Below, one piece after another: positions 9,567 to 17,738 of a stretch of 64,000 nt of DNA. The translations under genes and the position numbers were made by a program. Origin of the DNA: an uncultured Clostridia bacterium (GTDB taxonomy: Bacteria; Acidobacteriota; Aminicenantia; UBA2199); contig CAZVPI010000007.1 in assembly GCA_964628035.1 (NCBI GenBank), forward strand, positions 10,322 through 74,321, in the 5' to 3' direction. The stretch's first letter is position 1, and each line of letters starts with the position of its first letter. Below the pieces are notes generated by a model that was not told the DNA's origin, searched no databases, and was given only the letters and a program-made list of their open reading frames with translations.

Positions 9567-9860
9567 ATGGTCTATCCTGCCCTCAACATAGGCCCGGTAA
9601 AGAAACATGAGGGGCGGGTCTTGAACACGTTCATCCATACCATCGCCCACCAGATCGGCGTCGGCATGCTGAAGCTCCTGGGAACGGTTTTCGCCTCCAC
9701 CCGCTTCCCGGCCGACCTGGCCGATCCCCTCGGCTACCTGGCCGTGCTGACCCTGTTCGCCGTGCTGCTGACCCTGGCCAAGAAGATCGCCTGGATCGTG
9801 CTGGCCGTGGGCTGGGGATTCATCGTCATCAGGCTGTTGATGATCATCTTCAAGATCTAG
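9567..9860 (+). CDS. small membrane protein, two TM helices (true start possibly MLKLLG at about 9669)
   Basis: The ORF track shows a 97-aa ORF. The C-terminal two-thirds are hydrophobic (LGYLAVLTLFAVLLTLA, IAWIVLAVGWGFIVIRLLMIIF). It lies at the low-GC/high-GC junction and I do not recognise the family. Confidence 0.35.
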   Translation: MVYPALNIGPVKKHEGRVLNTFIHTIAHQIGVGMLKLLGTVFASTRFPADLADPLGYLAVLTLFAVLLTLAKKIAWIVLAVGWGFIVIRLLMIIFKI

Positions 9861-9861
9861 A

Positions 9862-10011
9862 GACGTTAGACATTAGCCGTTAGACGGTAGACGAGAGAAC
9901 GAGCACGAGACATTAGACGTTAGACGTCAGCAAGAGAAAGCAAGTGAAAAAGGAGGGGAGTCGCTCTACTTAATGCGTTTCCTTGTCACTCGTCACTCTT
10001 CACTTGTCACC
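9862..10011. repeat. modular intergenic repeat: TAGACGT-type tandem units, a GAAAGCAAGTGAAAAAGGAGG box, then a GTCACTC-type array
   Basis: agacgttagacattagccgttagacggtagacgag...gacattagacgttagacgtcagc is followed by cttgtcactcgtcactcttcacttgtcacc. The same modules recur in at least 18 other intergenic regions. Confidence 0.7.
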
Positions 10012-10023
10012 AAAGTTCGCCTG

Positions 10024-10506
10024 TTAAATGAACAACGTGAACTTGGACTCCGAGGCGTCGGCGATGAACGAGGCGACGCCGCCGATCGCGACGCCGTCGA
10101 TCAGGTCCTCCTTCTTGATCTCCATGACGTTCATGCTCATCTCGCAGGCGGTGAGCTTGACGCCGAGGTCCTGCGCCTGCTTGAGCAGCTGGGGCAGGCT
10201 GGTGACGTTGTGGGCCTTCATCATCTTCTTGAACATCCAGCGGCCCAGGCCGCCGAAGTTGAACTGGGAGGGGCCCAGGCGGTCGATGCCGCCGCGGTTC
10301 AGCAACCCCAGCATGCGGCCCATCAGCCCCTTGCCGGTCAGGTTGCCCTTCTGGATGGCCTTCAGCCCCCAGAAGGTGAAGAACATGGAGACCTGCATGT
10401 CGAAGGCGGCGGCGCCGGTGGCGATGATGAAGGCGCCCATCACCTTGTCCATGTCGCCGCTCATGACCACCAGGCTCGCTTTCTCAGGCGTTTGCGCGTC
10501 GCTCAT
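10024..10506 (-). CDS. dsrE: DsrE/DsrF-like sulfur-relay family protein
   Basis: 160 aa, reading MSDAQTPEKASLVVMSGDMDKVMGAFIIATGAAA...TACEMSMNVMEI. This is a DsrE-fold protein with a conserved Cys, and it is the last gene of the tusA-hdr operon. Confidence 0.7.
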   Translation of the reverse strand: MSDAQTPEKASLVVMSGDMDKVMGAFIIATGAAAFDMQVSMFFTFWGLKAIQKGNLTGKGLMGRMLGLLNRGGIDRLGPSQFNFGGLGRWMFKKMMKAHNVTSLPQLLKQAQDLGVKLTACEMSMNVMEIKKEDLIDGVAIGGVASFIADASESKFTLFI

Positions 10507-10533
10507 TGATCTCCTCCTCGGGATTCGTTTCGG

Positions 10534-11622
10534 CTATTTCAGGCCGGCAAAAAACAGGGCCGCCGGCCGGTAGACGACGTGGGCGAACTTGCTGAAGGGG
10601 AAGGTGACCAGCAGGTCGAAGACGAAGACGATGTGCACGGCCACGGTCACGTAGGCCGCCGGCAGCAGGCCCAGGAAGCGGAAGCCGACGATGGCGAAGC
10701 CGCTGAGCACCGAGAGCGCCAGCAGCAGCAGGAAGGCCCAGTCGCTGGGGTGGGAGTACTTGCCCACCGCCGTCTTCCCCGTCAAACGCAGGGCAAGGTA
10801 GTACCCCAGCCCCAGCGCGCAGGCGGCGCCGGAGACGGATCCGATTGCCAGCGATACCCAGCGCGGCCAGGGCAGCCAGCCGAAGTCGACGGCGCCGATG
10901 ATGATCGTGGCCAGCAGCATGCCCATGAAGCCCCAGGAGACCCCCATGTGCGCCAGGCGCCGCAGGCGGTCGTCGGCGCACTCGCCGAAGCGGTCCTGCA
11001 GCACCGACTCCTTGAGCGTCTGGAACGCCGAGTGGCCGGCCTTTTCCGCCCGCAGCGCGGCGAGGACATTCGGCGTGCCGCTCAGGTTGCGGGCCAGGAT
11101 CCACACCTGGATGGCGGCGACCCCGGCGATGAAGGCGACCAGGACGATCCCCGCCCAATGGACGGGCCCCAGGGGGATGAAGGACTGGAAGTCGAAGCGC
11201 TCCATGTCGGGATGCGGCTGCCGCGCCAGCAGCACCAGGGCCAGGGCGACGGCGCTCAGCGCCAGCCAGGTGACCAGCGATCCCAGTGAGGAATACACGG
11301 CGTCGGCGGCGCGGCCGAGCGCGTAGCGCCGGGTGGCGAAGCGGCGTAGGGCCATCATCAGCGAGGCGGGCTCGGCCTGGCGCGGGCAGGTCTCGCTGCA
11401 CTCGCCGCAGTAATAGCACAGCCAGGGCTCGGGCGCGGAGAGCAGGCGCCTTTCCAGGCCGAGCAACGCGTAGCGGATCATGCGCCGCGGGAAGGATGCG
11501 GCCTCCTGCGAGAGCGGGCAGATGGCCGAACAGGTGCCGCAGCTGTAGCAGGCCTCGAGGTCGAAGGCGCCGAGCTTCTTGATCTCGGCCAGGACCCGGG
11601 GATTGACCTTTTCCATGCTCAT
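10534..11622 (-). CDS. QmoC/HdrE-like membrane subunit: N-terminal HdrC-like 2x[4Fe-4S] ferredoxin fused to a multi-TM cytochrome b-like domain
   Basis: Start MSMEKVNP at about 11622 forms an ATGA overlap with the upstream gene stop. Two CxxCxxCxxxCP motifs are present (CYSCGTCSAICP, CYYCGECSETCP). About 6 TM helices follow, with conserved His residues (HSAF, HMGVSWGF, HIVFVFD, FAHVVY) as in HdrE/DsrM/QmoC. Confidence 0.7.
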   Translation of the reverse strand: MSMEKVNPRVLAEIKKLGAFDLEACYSCGTCSAICPLSQEAASFPRRMIRYALLGLERRLLSAPEPWLCYYCGECSETCPRQAEPASLMMALRRFATRRYALGRAADAVYSSLGSLVTWLALSAVALALVLLARQPHPDMERFDFQSFIPLGPVHWAGIVLVAFIAGVAAIQVWILARNLSGTPNVLAALRAEKAGHSAFQTLKESVLQDRFGECADDRLRRLAHMGVSWGFMGMLLATIIIGAVDFGWLPWPRWVSLAIGSVSGAACALGLGYYLALRLTGKTAVGKYSHPSDWAFLLLLALSVLSGFAIVGFRFLGLLPAAYVTVAVHIVFVFDLLVTFPFSKFAHVVYRPAALFFAGLK

Positions 11623-11897
11623 TTCTCCCCGGCCAGCGAGTAGCGGTGGAAGCCCTCGCCGTCGGCCTTCTCCGAGGCCCTGACCCGGCCGTAGCGCACG
11701 AAGCCCATCACCCACCAGGTGACCTGGGGCTCGGGGGCGCCCAGCTCGCGCGCCAGCTCGGGCAGGGTCAACGGCCCGCGGGCCGCCAGCAGCTTCAGGA
11801 CCCGGCCGCGGACGGCGAATTCCTGGCGGGCGGTCTCGCGCCCGCGCCCGAGAATGGCGACGCTCTCGGGAAAGCGCTCGCGGCTGCTGTCATTCAT
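11619..11897 (-). CDS. small winged-helix-like protein (putative regulator), conserved hypothetical
   Basis: 92 aa. The central segment VLKLLAARGPLTLPELARELGAPEPQVTWWVMGFVRYGRV looks like a helix-turn-helix. It overlaps both the hdrA end and the qmoC-like start. Confidence 0.4.
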   Translation of the reverse strand: MNDSSRERFPESVAILGRGRETARQEFAVRGRVLKLLAARGPLTLPELARELGAPEPQVTWWVMGFVRYGRVRASEKADGEGFHRYSLAGEK

Positions 11898-13662
11898 TCT
11901 CGGCCTCCCGGGCCAGCACGTCGATCATGGCCTCGATTTGTTCGTCGCTGTAGCCCTTCATCTGGGTGGCGTCGAGCGGGCAGGGGGGCAGGCAGGCGCC
12001 GCAGCCCTTGCACAGGGCCTCGACCACCTGGGCCACCTCCTTGTCCCCATAGGCGGCCTTCTCGATGGCGCCGTAGGGGCAGGCGGGCTGGCACTTGCCG
12101 CACCAGGTGCATGCATCGGCGCGGACATAGGCCACGAAAGGCTGCAGGTCGACATAGCCCTTGATCAGCAGCGCCGCGGCCTTGGCCACCGCCGCCAGCG
12201 AGGAGACGACGCTCTCGCCGGCGTTCTTCGGACCCTGGCAGGCGCCGGCGATATAGACGCCGTCGATGACCGTCTCCACCGGCCGCAGCTTGGGGTGGAT
12301 CTCGTTGTAGAAGCGGTCGGCGCCCAGCGGCAGCTTCAGCACCTTCGTCAGCCCGTCGTTGTCCCGCGCCGTCATGCCGGTGACCAGCACCACCAGGTCG
12401 GCCGCCAGCGCCACTTCCTCGCCGCCGGTGAGCAGGTCCTGGACGACCACGCGCAGGGAATCGCCGTCGCGCTCGACGCGCGGCGGCCGCTCCTCGTGGA
12501 AGCGCAGGAAGACCGAGCCCGACTTGCCCGCCTCCTCGTAGATCGTCTCGAACTTGCCGTAGGTGCGCATGTCGCGGTAGAGGTGGTAGCTGCGCACGCC
12601 GGGGAATTTCCTGGAGGCCAGCAGCGCCAGGTGGCAGGCGGCGCTGCAGCAATAGCGCGAGCACCAGCGGTTGAGGTCTTCGCCCTCGCCGTTCTGGCGG
12701 CTGCCGACGCAGTAGATGAAGGCGACCGAGCGGACTTCCCGGCCCTCGTGGAACAGCCGGCCGTCCCCCTCTTGCAGGAGTTTCTCGAACTGCGAGAGGG
12801 TGACCACCCCGGGCTGCCCGAAGGCGTACTCGCCCGGCTTGGGCCCGTACTCGGCGAAGCCGGTGGCCACCAGGATGGCGCCGACCCGGATGCGCACCGT
12901 TTCCTCCGCCGCGCCCCCTCGCCGGGAGCCTTCAGGGCCGGCGGGCCGGATGCGGATCGCCAGGTCAAACTCGCCGATATGGCCGTTTTTTCCCGCCAGT
13001 TCGGCGTTGCGGAACAGGGTGATGCCCGGCCGCTTGCGAACCTCCTCCAGCAGGGAGGCGACCAGCTCGGAGCCGACCTTGCCGGCCGGGAACATCTCGC
13101 CCAGCGCCGCGACCTGGCCTCCGGCGCGCGCCTCACGCTCAACGACGAAGACCTCAACGCCCAGGTCGGCCAGCTCGACGGCGGCGCGCAGGCCGGCGAT
13201 GCCGGCGCCCACGACCAGCACCCGCTTCACCGAGGTGACGCGGATCGGTTTCAGGGCCTCCTGGCGCAGGGCCTTCTCGACGCCGGCGCCCACCAGGTTG
13301 GCCGCCTTGCAGGTGGCGCCCGGGTGGTCGTCGGAATGGGCCCAGGAGCACTGCTCGCGGATGTTGACCTGCACGTACTGGAACGGGTTGAGCCCGGCGC
13401 GTGCCGACAGGTTGCGGAAAGTGGTCAGGTGCAGCTTGGGCGAGCAGGAGGCGACCACCAGGCCGTCAAGCCCCTGCTCCTGGATGTCCTTCATCATCTC
13501 GTTCTGCGAGGCGTCGGAGCAGGTGAACATCGAGGTCCTGGCCACGGTGACGCCGTATTGCTCCTCGATGCGCCTGCGCACCTCCTCGACGTCGATGTGG
13601 TCGGAGATGTTGCCGCCGCAATGGCAGATGTAGACGCCGATCCTCCTCTTCTTCTCTTCCAT
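11890..13662 (-). CDS. hdrA: heterodisulfide reductase subunit A (HdrA) flavoprotein
   Basis: True start MEEKKRRIGVYICHCGGNISD is at about 13662; the track ORF carries a spurious N-terminal extension. The HdrA N-terminal 4-Cys motif is present (IGVYICHCG...VVASCSPKLH...NIREQCSWAH). The FAD fold shows VLVVGAGIAGLRAA, and C-terminal ferredoxin motifs are CTWCGKCQPACP and CKGCGACLPPCP. Confidence 0.85.
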   Translation of the reverse strand: MEEKKRRIGVYICHCGGNISDHIDVEEVRRRIEEQYGVTVARTSMFTCSDASQNEMMKDIQEQGLDGLVVASCSPKLHLTTFRNLSARAGLNPFQYVQVNIREQCSWAHSDDHPGATCKAANLVGAGVEKALRQEALKPIRVTSVKRVLVVGAGIAGLRAAVELADLGVEVFVVEREARAGGQVAALGEMFPAGKVGSELVASLLEEVRKRPGITLFRNAELAGKNGHIGEFDLAIRIRPAGPEGSRRGGAAEETVRIRVGAILVATGFAEYGPKPGEYAFGQPGVVTLSQFEKLLQEGDGRLFHEGREVRSVAFIYCVGSRQNGEGEDLNRWCSRYCCSAACHLALLASRKFPGVRSYHLYRDMRTYGKFETIYEEAGKSGSVFLRFHEERPPRVERDGDSLRVVVQDLLTGGEEVALAADLVVLVTGMTARDNDGLTKVLKLPLGADRFYNEIHPKLRPVETVIDGVYIAGACQGPKNAGESVVSSLAAVAKAAALLIKGYVDLQPFVAYVRADACTWCGKCQPACPYGAIEKAAYGDKEVAQVVEALCKGCGACLPPCPLDATQMKGYSDEQIEAMIDVLAREAENE

Positions 13663-16370
13663 CAGGACTTCCTCTTCATGCGCTCGATGTAGGCCGCCGC
13701 CTGGGCCGCCGCCGCCCCGGCGCTCAGGATGGAATCGGGGATGTCCAGCGGCCCGGTGGCGGTGCCGGCGCTGAACACCCCGGGGATGGAGGTGCGCGCC
13801 GGGTCGACCTGCTTCCCGGGCTGGGCTACGAACAGCGTCTCGTCGAAGTCCGGCCCGCCGCCGGCGAACAGCCCGCGGCAGCCGTCGCCGGCCACGATGC
13901 CCGTCGACAGCACCACCAGGTCGTGCTCGGCCTCGCGCACGGCGCCGTGGTCGTCGATGTCCTCGTAGCGCACCTTCAGGTTGCCGTTGCCGGCCTCGCT
14001 GACCTTGGCCACCTTGCCCTTGACAAAGCGCACGCCCATGGCCCGGGTTTGCTCGAAGAATTCGTCGTAGCCCTTGCCGAAGGCGCGGATGTCGATGTAG
14101 TAGATCGTGATGTCGGCCACCGGCAGCGCCCCCAGCAGCAGCTGCGCCTGCTTGAGCGAGTACATGCAGCAGACGCGCGAGCAGATGGGATTGTTCTGGG
14201 TGCGGTCGCGCGAGCCGACGCAGAAGACATAGGCGATGTTGGCCGGCGCCTTGCCGTCGCCGGGCCGCAGCACATGGTTGTAGGGGCGGGTGGGCGCCAC
14301 CAGGCGGTCCATCTGCATGGCGGTGACGACGTTGGCGTACTTGCCGTAGCCGAATGTCTCCATGAGTTCGGCCGGGAAAAGGCGGAAGCCAGTGGCCAGC
14401 ACCACGGCTCCGGCGCCGACCTCCTCGACCTGCTCGCGCTGGTCGAAGTCGATGGCGTCGGCCGGGCAGGCGCGCTTGCATTCCTGGCACTCGCTGCAGA
14501 TGCCGCAATTGAGGCAGTTGGCGGCACTGGCCAGGGCCTCCTCCTCGCTGAACGGCAGGTCGACCTCGGCGAAATCCTTGATGCGTTCGCGCGGGTGGCG
14601 CTCCGACTTCTCCACCCTGCGGGCCGGGAATTCGGCCTGCCGCGCCAGCACATCCTTTTTGTCGACGACCGGCAGCCGCGGGTCGAACTCGACATCCGCC
14701 AGCGTCTCGCCGCGCAGGAAGCGGTCGATGAAGAAGGCCGCCCGCTTGCCCAGCCCCATGGCCTGGACGATCATCGCCGGACCGGTCACGGCGTCGCCTG
14801 CGGCGAACAGCCAGGGCCGGTCGGACTGCAGCGTGCGCTCGTCGGCCCGTACCGTTCCGTCGCGGTTGAGCGGCAGCTCGCGCCGCAGGGCCGCCGCCTC
14901 GGCGCTCAAGCCGATGGCGACGATGGCCAGGTCGAAATCAGCGGTGAACTCCGAGCCGGGAACGGGCACCGTGCGGCGGCGGCCGCCGTTGCCTTCCGCG
15001 ACCGGCTTCATGCGCACGCTGCGCACCCGCCGCAGGCGGCCGTTCTCCTGCTCGAAGGCCACGGGATTGCCGAGAAACTCCAGGACCACCCCCTCGGCCT
15101 CGGCCGCCGCGACCTCCTCGCCGGAGGCCGGCATCTCGGTTCGCGTGCGGCGGTACTGCAGGACGACCCTGGCCGCCCCCAGCCGCAGCGCCGTGCGCGC
15201 GGCGTCCACGGCCACGTTGCCGCCGCCGACCACCAGCGCGCTCTTGCCGCGCAGGTCGAGCTTCTGGCCGCAGAGGACCTCGGCCAAAAACTCGATGCCG
15301 CTGAAGACCTCCGGCAGCTCCTCCCCGGGGACCATGAGCCTCCTGGGCTTGGGCGTGCCGACGGCGACGAGGACGGCGTCGTAACCGCTGTCCTTGAGCG
15401 CGCTGAGCGAATCCACGCGAGCGCTGGCGCGGATCTCCACGCCCAGGGCGGTCACGTTGCGGATGTCGCGGTCGACGACGTCCTTGGGCAGCCGGTAGTC
15501 GGGCAGGCTGGAGCGCAGCATGCCGCCCGGCTCTCGGTCGGCCTCGAAGACCGTGACCGGGTATCCCGAGCGTGCCAGGAAGTAGGCCGCGGTCAGGCCG
15601 GCCGGGCCCGAGCCGACGACCGCCACCTTCCTGTCCCGCGTATTTTCCATGGCGCCGTAGTCGGGCTCGGGATGGCGGGCGTAATACCAGTCGGCGACGA
15701 AGCGCTTCAGGTGGCGGATGTGCGGGGCGGCGCCGATCTCCTCCCGCGAGCACTCGCGCTGGCAGAAGGCATAGCAGGCGCGGCCTAGGGTGCCGACCAG
15801 CGGCGCGTCTTCCAGCACCAGCCGGAACGCTTTTTCAAACTCGCCCTGGCGGATGAGCGAGATGTAGCCGTTGGCCTTGATGCCCGCCGGGCAGGCGTAG
15901 GTGCAGGGCGAGGTGCCGGCGCGGTCGATCACGGCCTTCTTGGGCACCGCCTGGGGATAGGCGATGTGGGCCACGCGCCGCGAGACGAGGTTCTCGTTGT
16001 ATTCGTCGGGGACGGTGACGGTGCAGGCCTTCTCGCAGTCCTGGCAGCCGGTGCACTTGGCGAAGTCAACGAAGGCCGGCTTGCGCGCCACGCGGGCGCG
16101 GAAGCCGCCGGCCCCGTCGCGGCGCACCTCGCGCACCTCGCTGTAGACGCGCAGGTCGATGTTGGCGTGGCTGGCCGCCAGCGCCATCTTGGGGGTGGAG
16201 ATGCAGGAGGCGCAGTCGAGCGTGGGGAAGACCTTGCTGAGCAGGATCATCTTGCCGCCGATGCTCGGCTCCTTTTCCACCAGCAGCACCTTGTAGCCCA
16301 TGTCGCCCAGGCTGACCGCCGCCTCCATGCCGGCGATGCCGGCGCCGAGGACCATCACGTCGTAGTCCAT
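13662..16370 (-). CDS. HdrL-like large HdrA homologue with inserted GltD/NfnB-like NAD(P)H-binding domain
   Basis: 902 aa. The N-terminal HdrA FAD fold reads MDYDVMVLGAGIAGMEAA. A ferredoxin motif CTGCQDCEKAC is present. The inserted GltD/NfnB-type domain reads KVAVVGSGPAGLTAAYFLARSGYPVTVFEADREPGGMLRSSLPDYRLPKDVV...ALVVGGGNVAVDAAR. The later motif CLNCGICSECQECKRACP is followed by the HdrA C-terminal part. Both its start and its stop form ATGA-type overlaps with neighbours. Confidence 0.8.
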   Translation of the reverse strand: MDYDVMVLGAGIAGMEAAVSLGDMGYKVLLVEKEPSIGGKMILLSKVFPTLDCASCISTPKMALAASHANIDLRVYSEVREVRRDGAGGFRARVARKPAFVDFAKCTGCQDCEKACTVTVPDEYNENLVSRRVAHIAYPQAVPKKAVIDRAGTSPCTYACPAGIKANGYISLIRQGEFEKAFRLVLEDAPLVGTLGRACYAFCQRECSREEIGAAPHIRHLKRFVADWYYARHPEPDYGAMENTRDRKVAVVGSGPAGLTAAYFLARSGYPVTVFEADREPGGMLRSSLPDYRLPKDVVDRDIRNVTALGVEIRASARVDSLSALKDSGYDAVLVAVGTPKPRRLMVPGEELPEVFSGIEFLAEVLCGQKLDLRGKSALVVGGGNVAVDAARTALRLGAARVVLQYRRTRTEMPASGEEVAAAEAEGVVLEFLGNPVAFEQENGRLRRVRSVRMKPVAEGNGGRRRTVPVPGSEFTADFDLAIVAIGLSAEAAALRRELPLNRDGTVRADERTLQSDRPWLFAAGDAVTGPAMIVQAMGLGKRAAFFIDRFLRGETLADVEFDPRLPVVDKKDVLARQAEFPARRVEKSERHPRERIKDFAEVDLPFSEEEALASAANCLNCGICSECQECKRACPADAIDFDQREQVEEVGAGAVVLATGFRLFPAELMETFGYGKYANVVTAMQMDRLVAPTRPYNHVLRPGDGKAPANIAYVFCVGSRDRTQNNPICSRVCCMYSLKQAQLLLGALPVADITIYYIDIRAFGKGYDEFFEQTRAMGVRFVKGKVAKVSEAGNGNLKVRYEDIDDHGAVREAEHDLVVLSTGIVAGDGCRGLFAGGGPDFDETLFVAQPGKQVDPARTSIPGVFSAGTATGPLDIPDSILSAGAAAAQAAAYIERMKRKS

Positions 16371-16371
16371 T

Positions 16372-16782
16372 TCAGGCCCCCTGAGCCGGCCGGCCCAGCT
16401 TGCGCAGCGCCTCGCTGAAGGTCACCATGTACTTCTGGAACGACTCGGCGCACACCGAGCAGACCGCCGCCATCTTCACCCGCGCCGGCTCCAGCGCGCG
16501 CGCCTTCAGCAGCGCCTGCGCCGCGGCGACGGTGGCCGCCGTGCGCCGGGTGCAGTCGGGCACGAAGGAGCAGTCGCTGCCGTCGGCGGCGATGAAGACG
16601 CCGTCGAAGCCGCGCTCGAAGGCGCGGACGATCCAGCGCGGCTTGACGGCGCTGGAGCACGGCAGGGTGATCACAAACACGCTGGCCGGGTAGTGCATCT
16701 TGTTGCGTCCAGCCAGGTCGATCCCCGGGTCGGAGACGTTGTCGGTTGAGAACACAAGGATGCGGGGCTTGAAATCATTCAT
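16372..16782 (-). CDS. mvhD: MvhD-like (methyl-viologen-reducing hydrogenase delta subunit) [2Fe-2S] protein
   Basis: 136 aa with conserved Cys (LPCSSAVKPRW...DGSDCSFVPDC...CSVCAE), typical of MvhD partners of HdrA. Confidence 0.8.
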   Translation of the reverse strand: MNDFKPRILVFSTDNVSDPGIDLAGRNKMHYPASVFVITLPCSSAVKPRWIVRAFERGFDGVFIAADGSDCSFVPDCTRRTAATVAAAQALLKARALEPARVKMAAVCSVCAESFQKYMVTFSEALRKLGRPAQGA

Positions 16783-17113
16783 GGAACGTCTTCTCCATGG
16801 TTTGGATCAGGCCCGCCAGCCGCGGGTCGGCGATGCGGTAGTGGACGTGGTTGCCCTGGCGCCGCGCCAGCACCAGCCCCTCGCGGCGCATGCGCGTCAG
16901 ATGCTGCGAGATGAGCGGCTGCGAGGCGTCGCACGCGGCGCGCAGGTCGCTGACGGTCGCTTCGCCCTTGGCCAGCCGGCAGAGCAGGAAAAGACGCTGC
17001 GGATGGGCTAGGCTCTTGAGCAGCGCCGCCACCCGGGCGCAGCGCTTCTTGGAGGCGGCAAGGTCGGACATCTGGGTCGCAGGGGGCGGTGAGGGCGCCC
17101 AGCCCCGCATCAT
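16775..17113 (-). CDS. ArsR/SmtB-family transcriptional regulator (start possibly MSDLA at about 17071)
   Basis: The HTH reads LKSLAHPQRLFLLCRLAKGEATVSDLRAACDASQPLISQHLTRMRREGLV. It overlaps tusA by 4 nt and mvhD by 8 nt. Confidence 0.75.
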   Translation of the reverse strand: MMRGWAPSPPPATQMSDLAASKKRCARVAALLKSLAHPQRLFLLCRLAKGEATVSDLRAACDASQPLISQHLTRMRREGLVLARRQGNHVHYRIADPRLAGLIQTMEKTFHE

Positions 17114-17370
17114 TTCGTCTTCTTGACGAAGAGACGCCAGAAGCCGGCGTCCTCGACCACTCCCAGGAAATCATACCGCATCTTGCCCGCCCACATGGGG
17201 ATGTCGTTGTTGGTCCCCTCGTCGGACGAAAGAACTTCCATCACGGCGCCGACCGGGACGGAGGTGACCGCCTTCTTGGCTTCGAGCAGCGGCCCCGGGC
17301 AGGCCATGCCGCGGGCGTCGACCACCCTGTCGGCCTTGAGTCGCTTCAGTTCTTCCTGAGTCATGGGCAT
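17110..17370 (-). CDS. tusA: TusA-like sulfurtransferase
   Basis: 86 aa. The conserved CPxP motif is present (DARGMACPGPLLEAKK). An AAGGAG RBS lies 7 nt upstream of the ATG. Confidence 0.8.
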   Translation of the reverse strand: MPMTQEELKRLKADRVVDARGMACPGPLLEAKKAVTSVPVGAVMEVLSSDEGTNNDIPMWAGKMRYDFLGVVEDAGFWRLFVKKTK

Positions 17371-17393
17371 ACTCCTTGATCAAGGATTCGCGA

Positions 17394-17434
17394 GAATATT
17401 AGAATATTAAAATATTCTTATATTCACTGTCAAG
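17394..17434 (-). promoter_or_regulatory. AT-rich 15-2-15 inverted repeat (GAATATTAGAATATT-AA-AATATTCTTATATTC) overlapping a sigma70-like promoter upstream of tusA
   Basis: The arms match 14/15 when reverse-complemented. On the minus strand, TTGACA (17434..17429) is followed by an 18-nt spacer and TAATAT (17410..17405). This sits about 25-65 nt upstream of the tusA ATG and is a candidate operator for the operon-encoded ArsR-family regulator. Confidence 0.4.
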
Positions 17435-17738
17435 AGGCGAACGAAATTTCCGGGATGACACTGGCGCCCTTGGTTCGATCAGCTTCTGGCCAGCACAAAC
17501 ACCAACCTGCCCAAAATTCCTTTGCAGGAAACCTAATGAAACGGGCAGGACGAAAGCACCCATTTCCAAGCACCAAATCCACCTGGCGGGGACGATGCCC
17601 CCTGGCGGGGGCGATGGGACCCAAACCAGGGCCCTCGAAAGGAAAAGGCAAAAGTGAGGCGAACAGGCAATTTATTTTGGACGGCGCTGGTTTCTTGCTC
17701 GCACTAACACTAACGCTGCGAAATGGGTTTCCTTATCG

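Noticed and set aside
9496-9567. 23-codon minus-strand ORF MREIGDYLGMHYSSISLALRKHE at the GC junction
   Set aside because: It is too short to be a gene. I keep it only as a possible remnant of an HTH/transposase-associated protein marking the island boundary, and it is mentioned in the findings.
16360-16385. Apparent 1-nt disagreement between my hand translation of the C-run at the mvhD stop / HdrL-like start and the ORF-track coordinates
   Set aside because: It is most likely my miscounting in a homopolymer. The track shows intact ATGA-type overlaps and full-length in-frame proteins, so I do not call a frameshift or pseudogene.
10484-16660. Many 150-900-aa ORFs on both strands across the hdr region (for example 11719..13692 +, 13923..15788 +, 12372..13157 -, 14938..15753 -, 10579..11289 +)
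   Set aside because: These are alternate-frame or antisense shadows of hdrA, the HdrL-like gene, qmoC-like and dsrE. Their translations are R/A/G/P-rich with no domain signatures, whereas the chosen frames carry clear Fe-S, FAD and NAD motifs.
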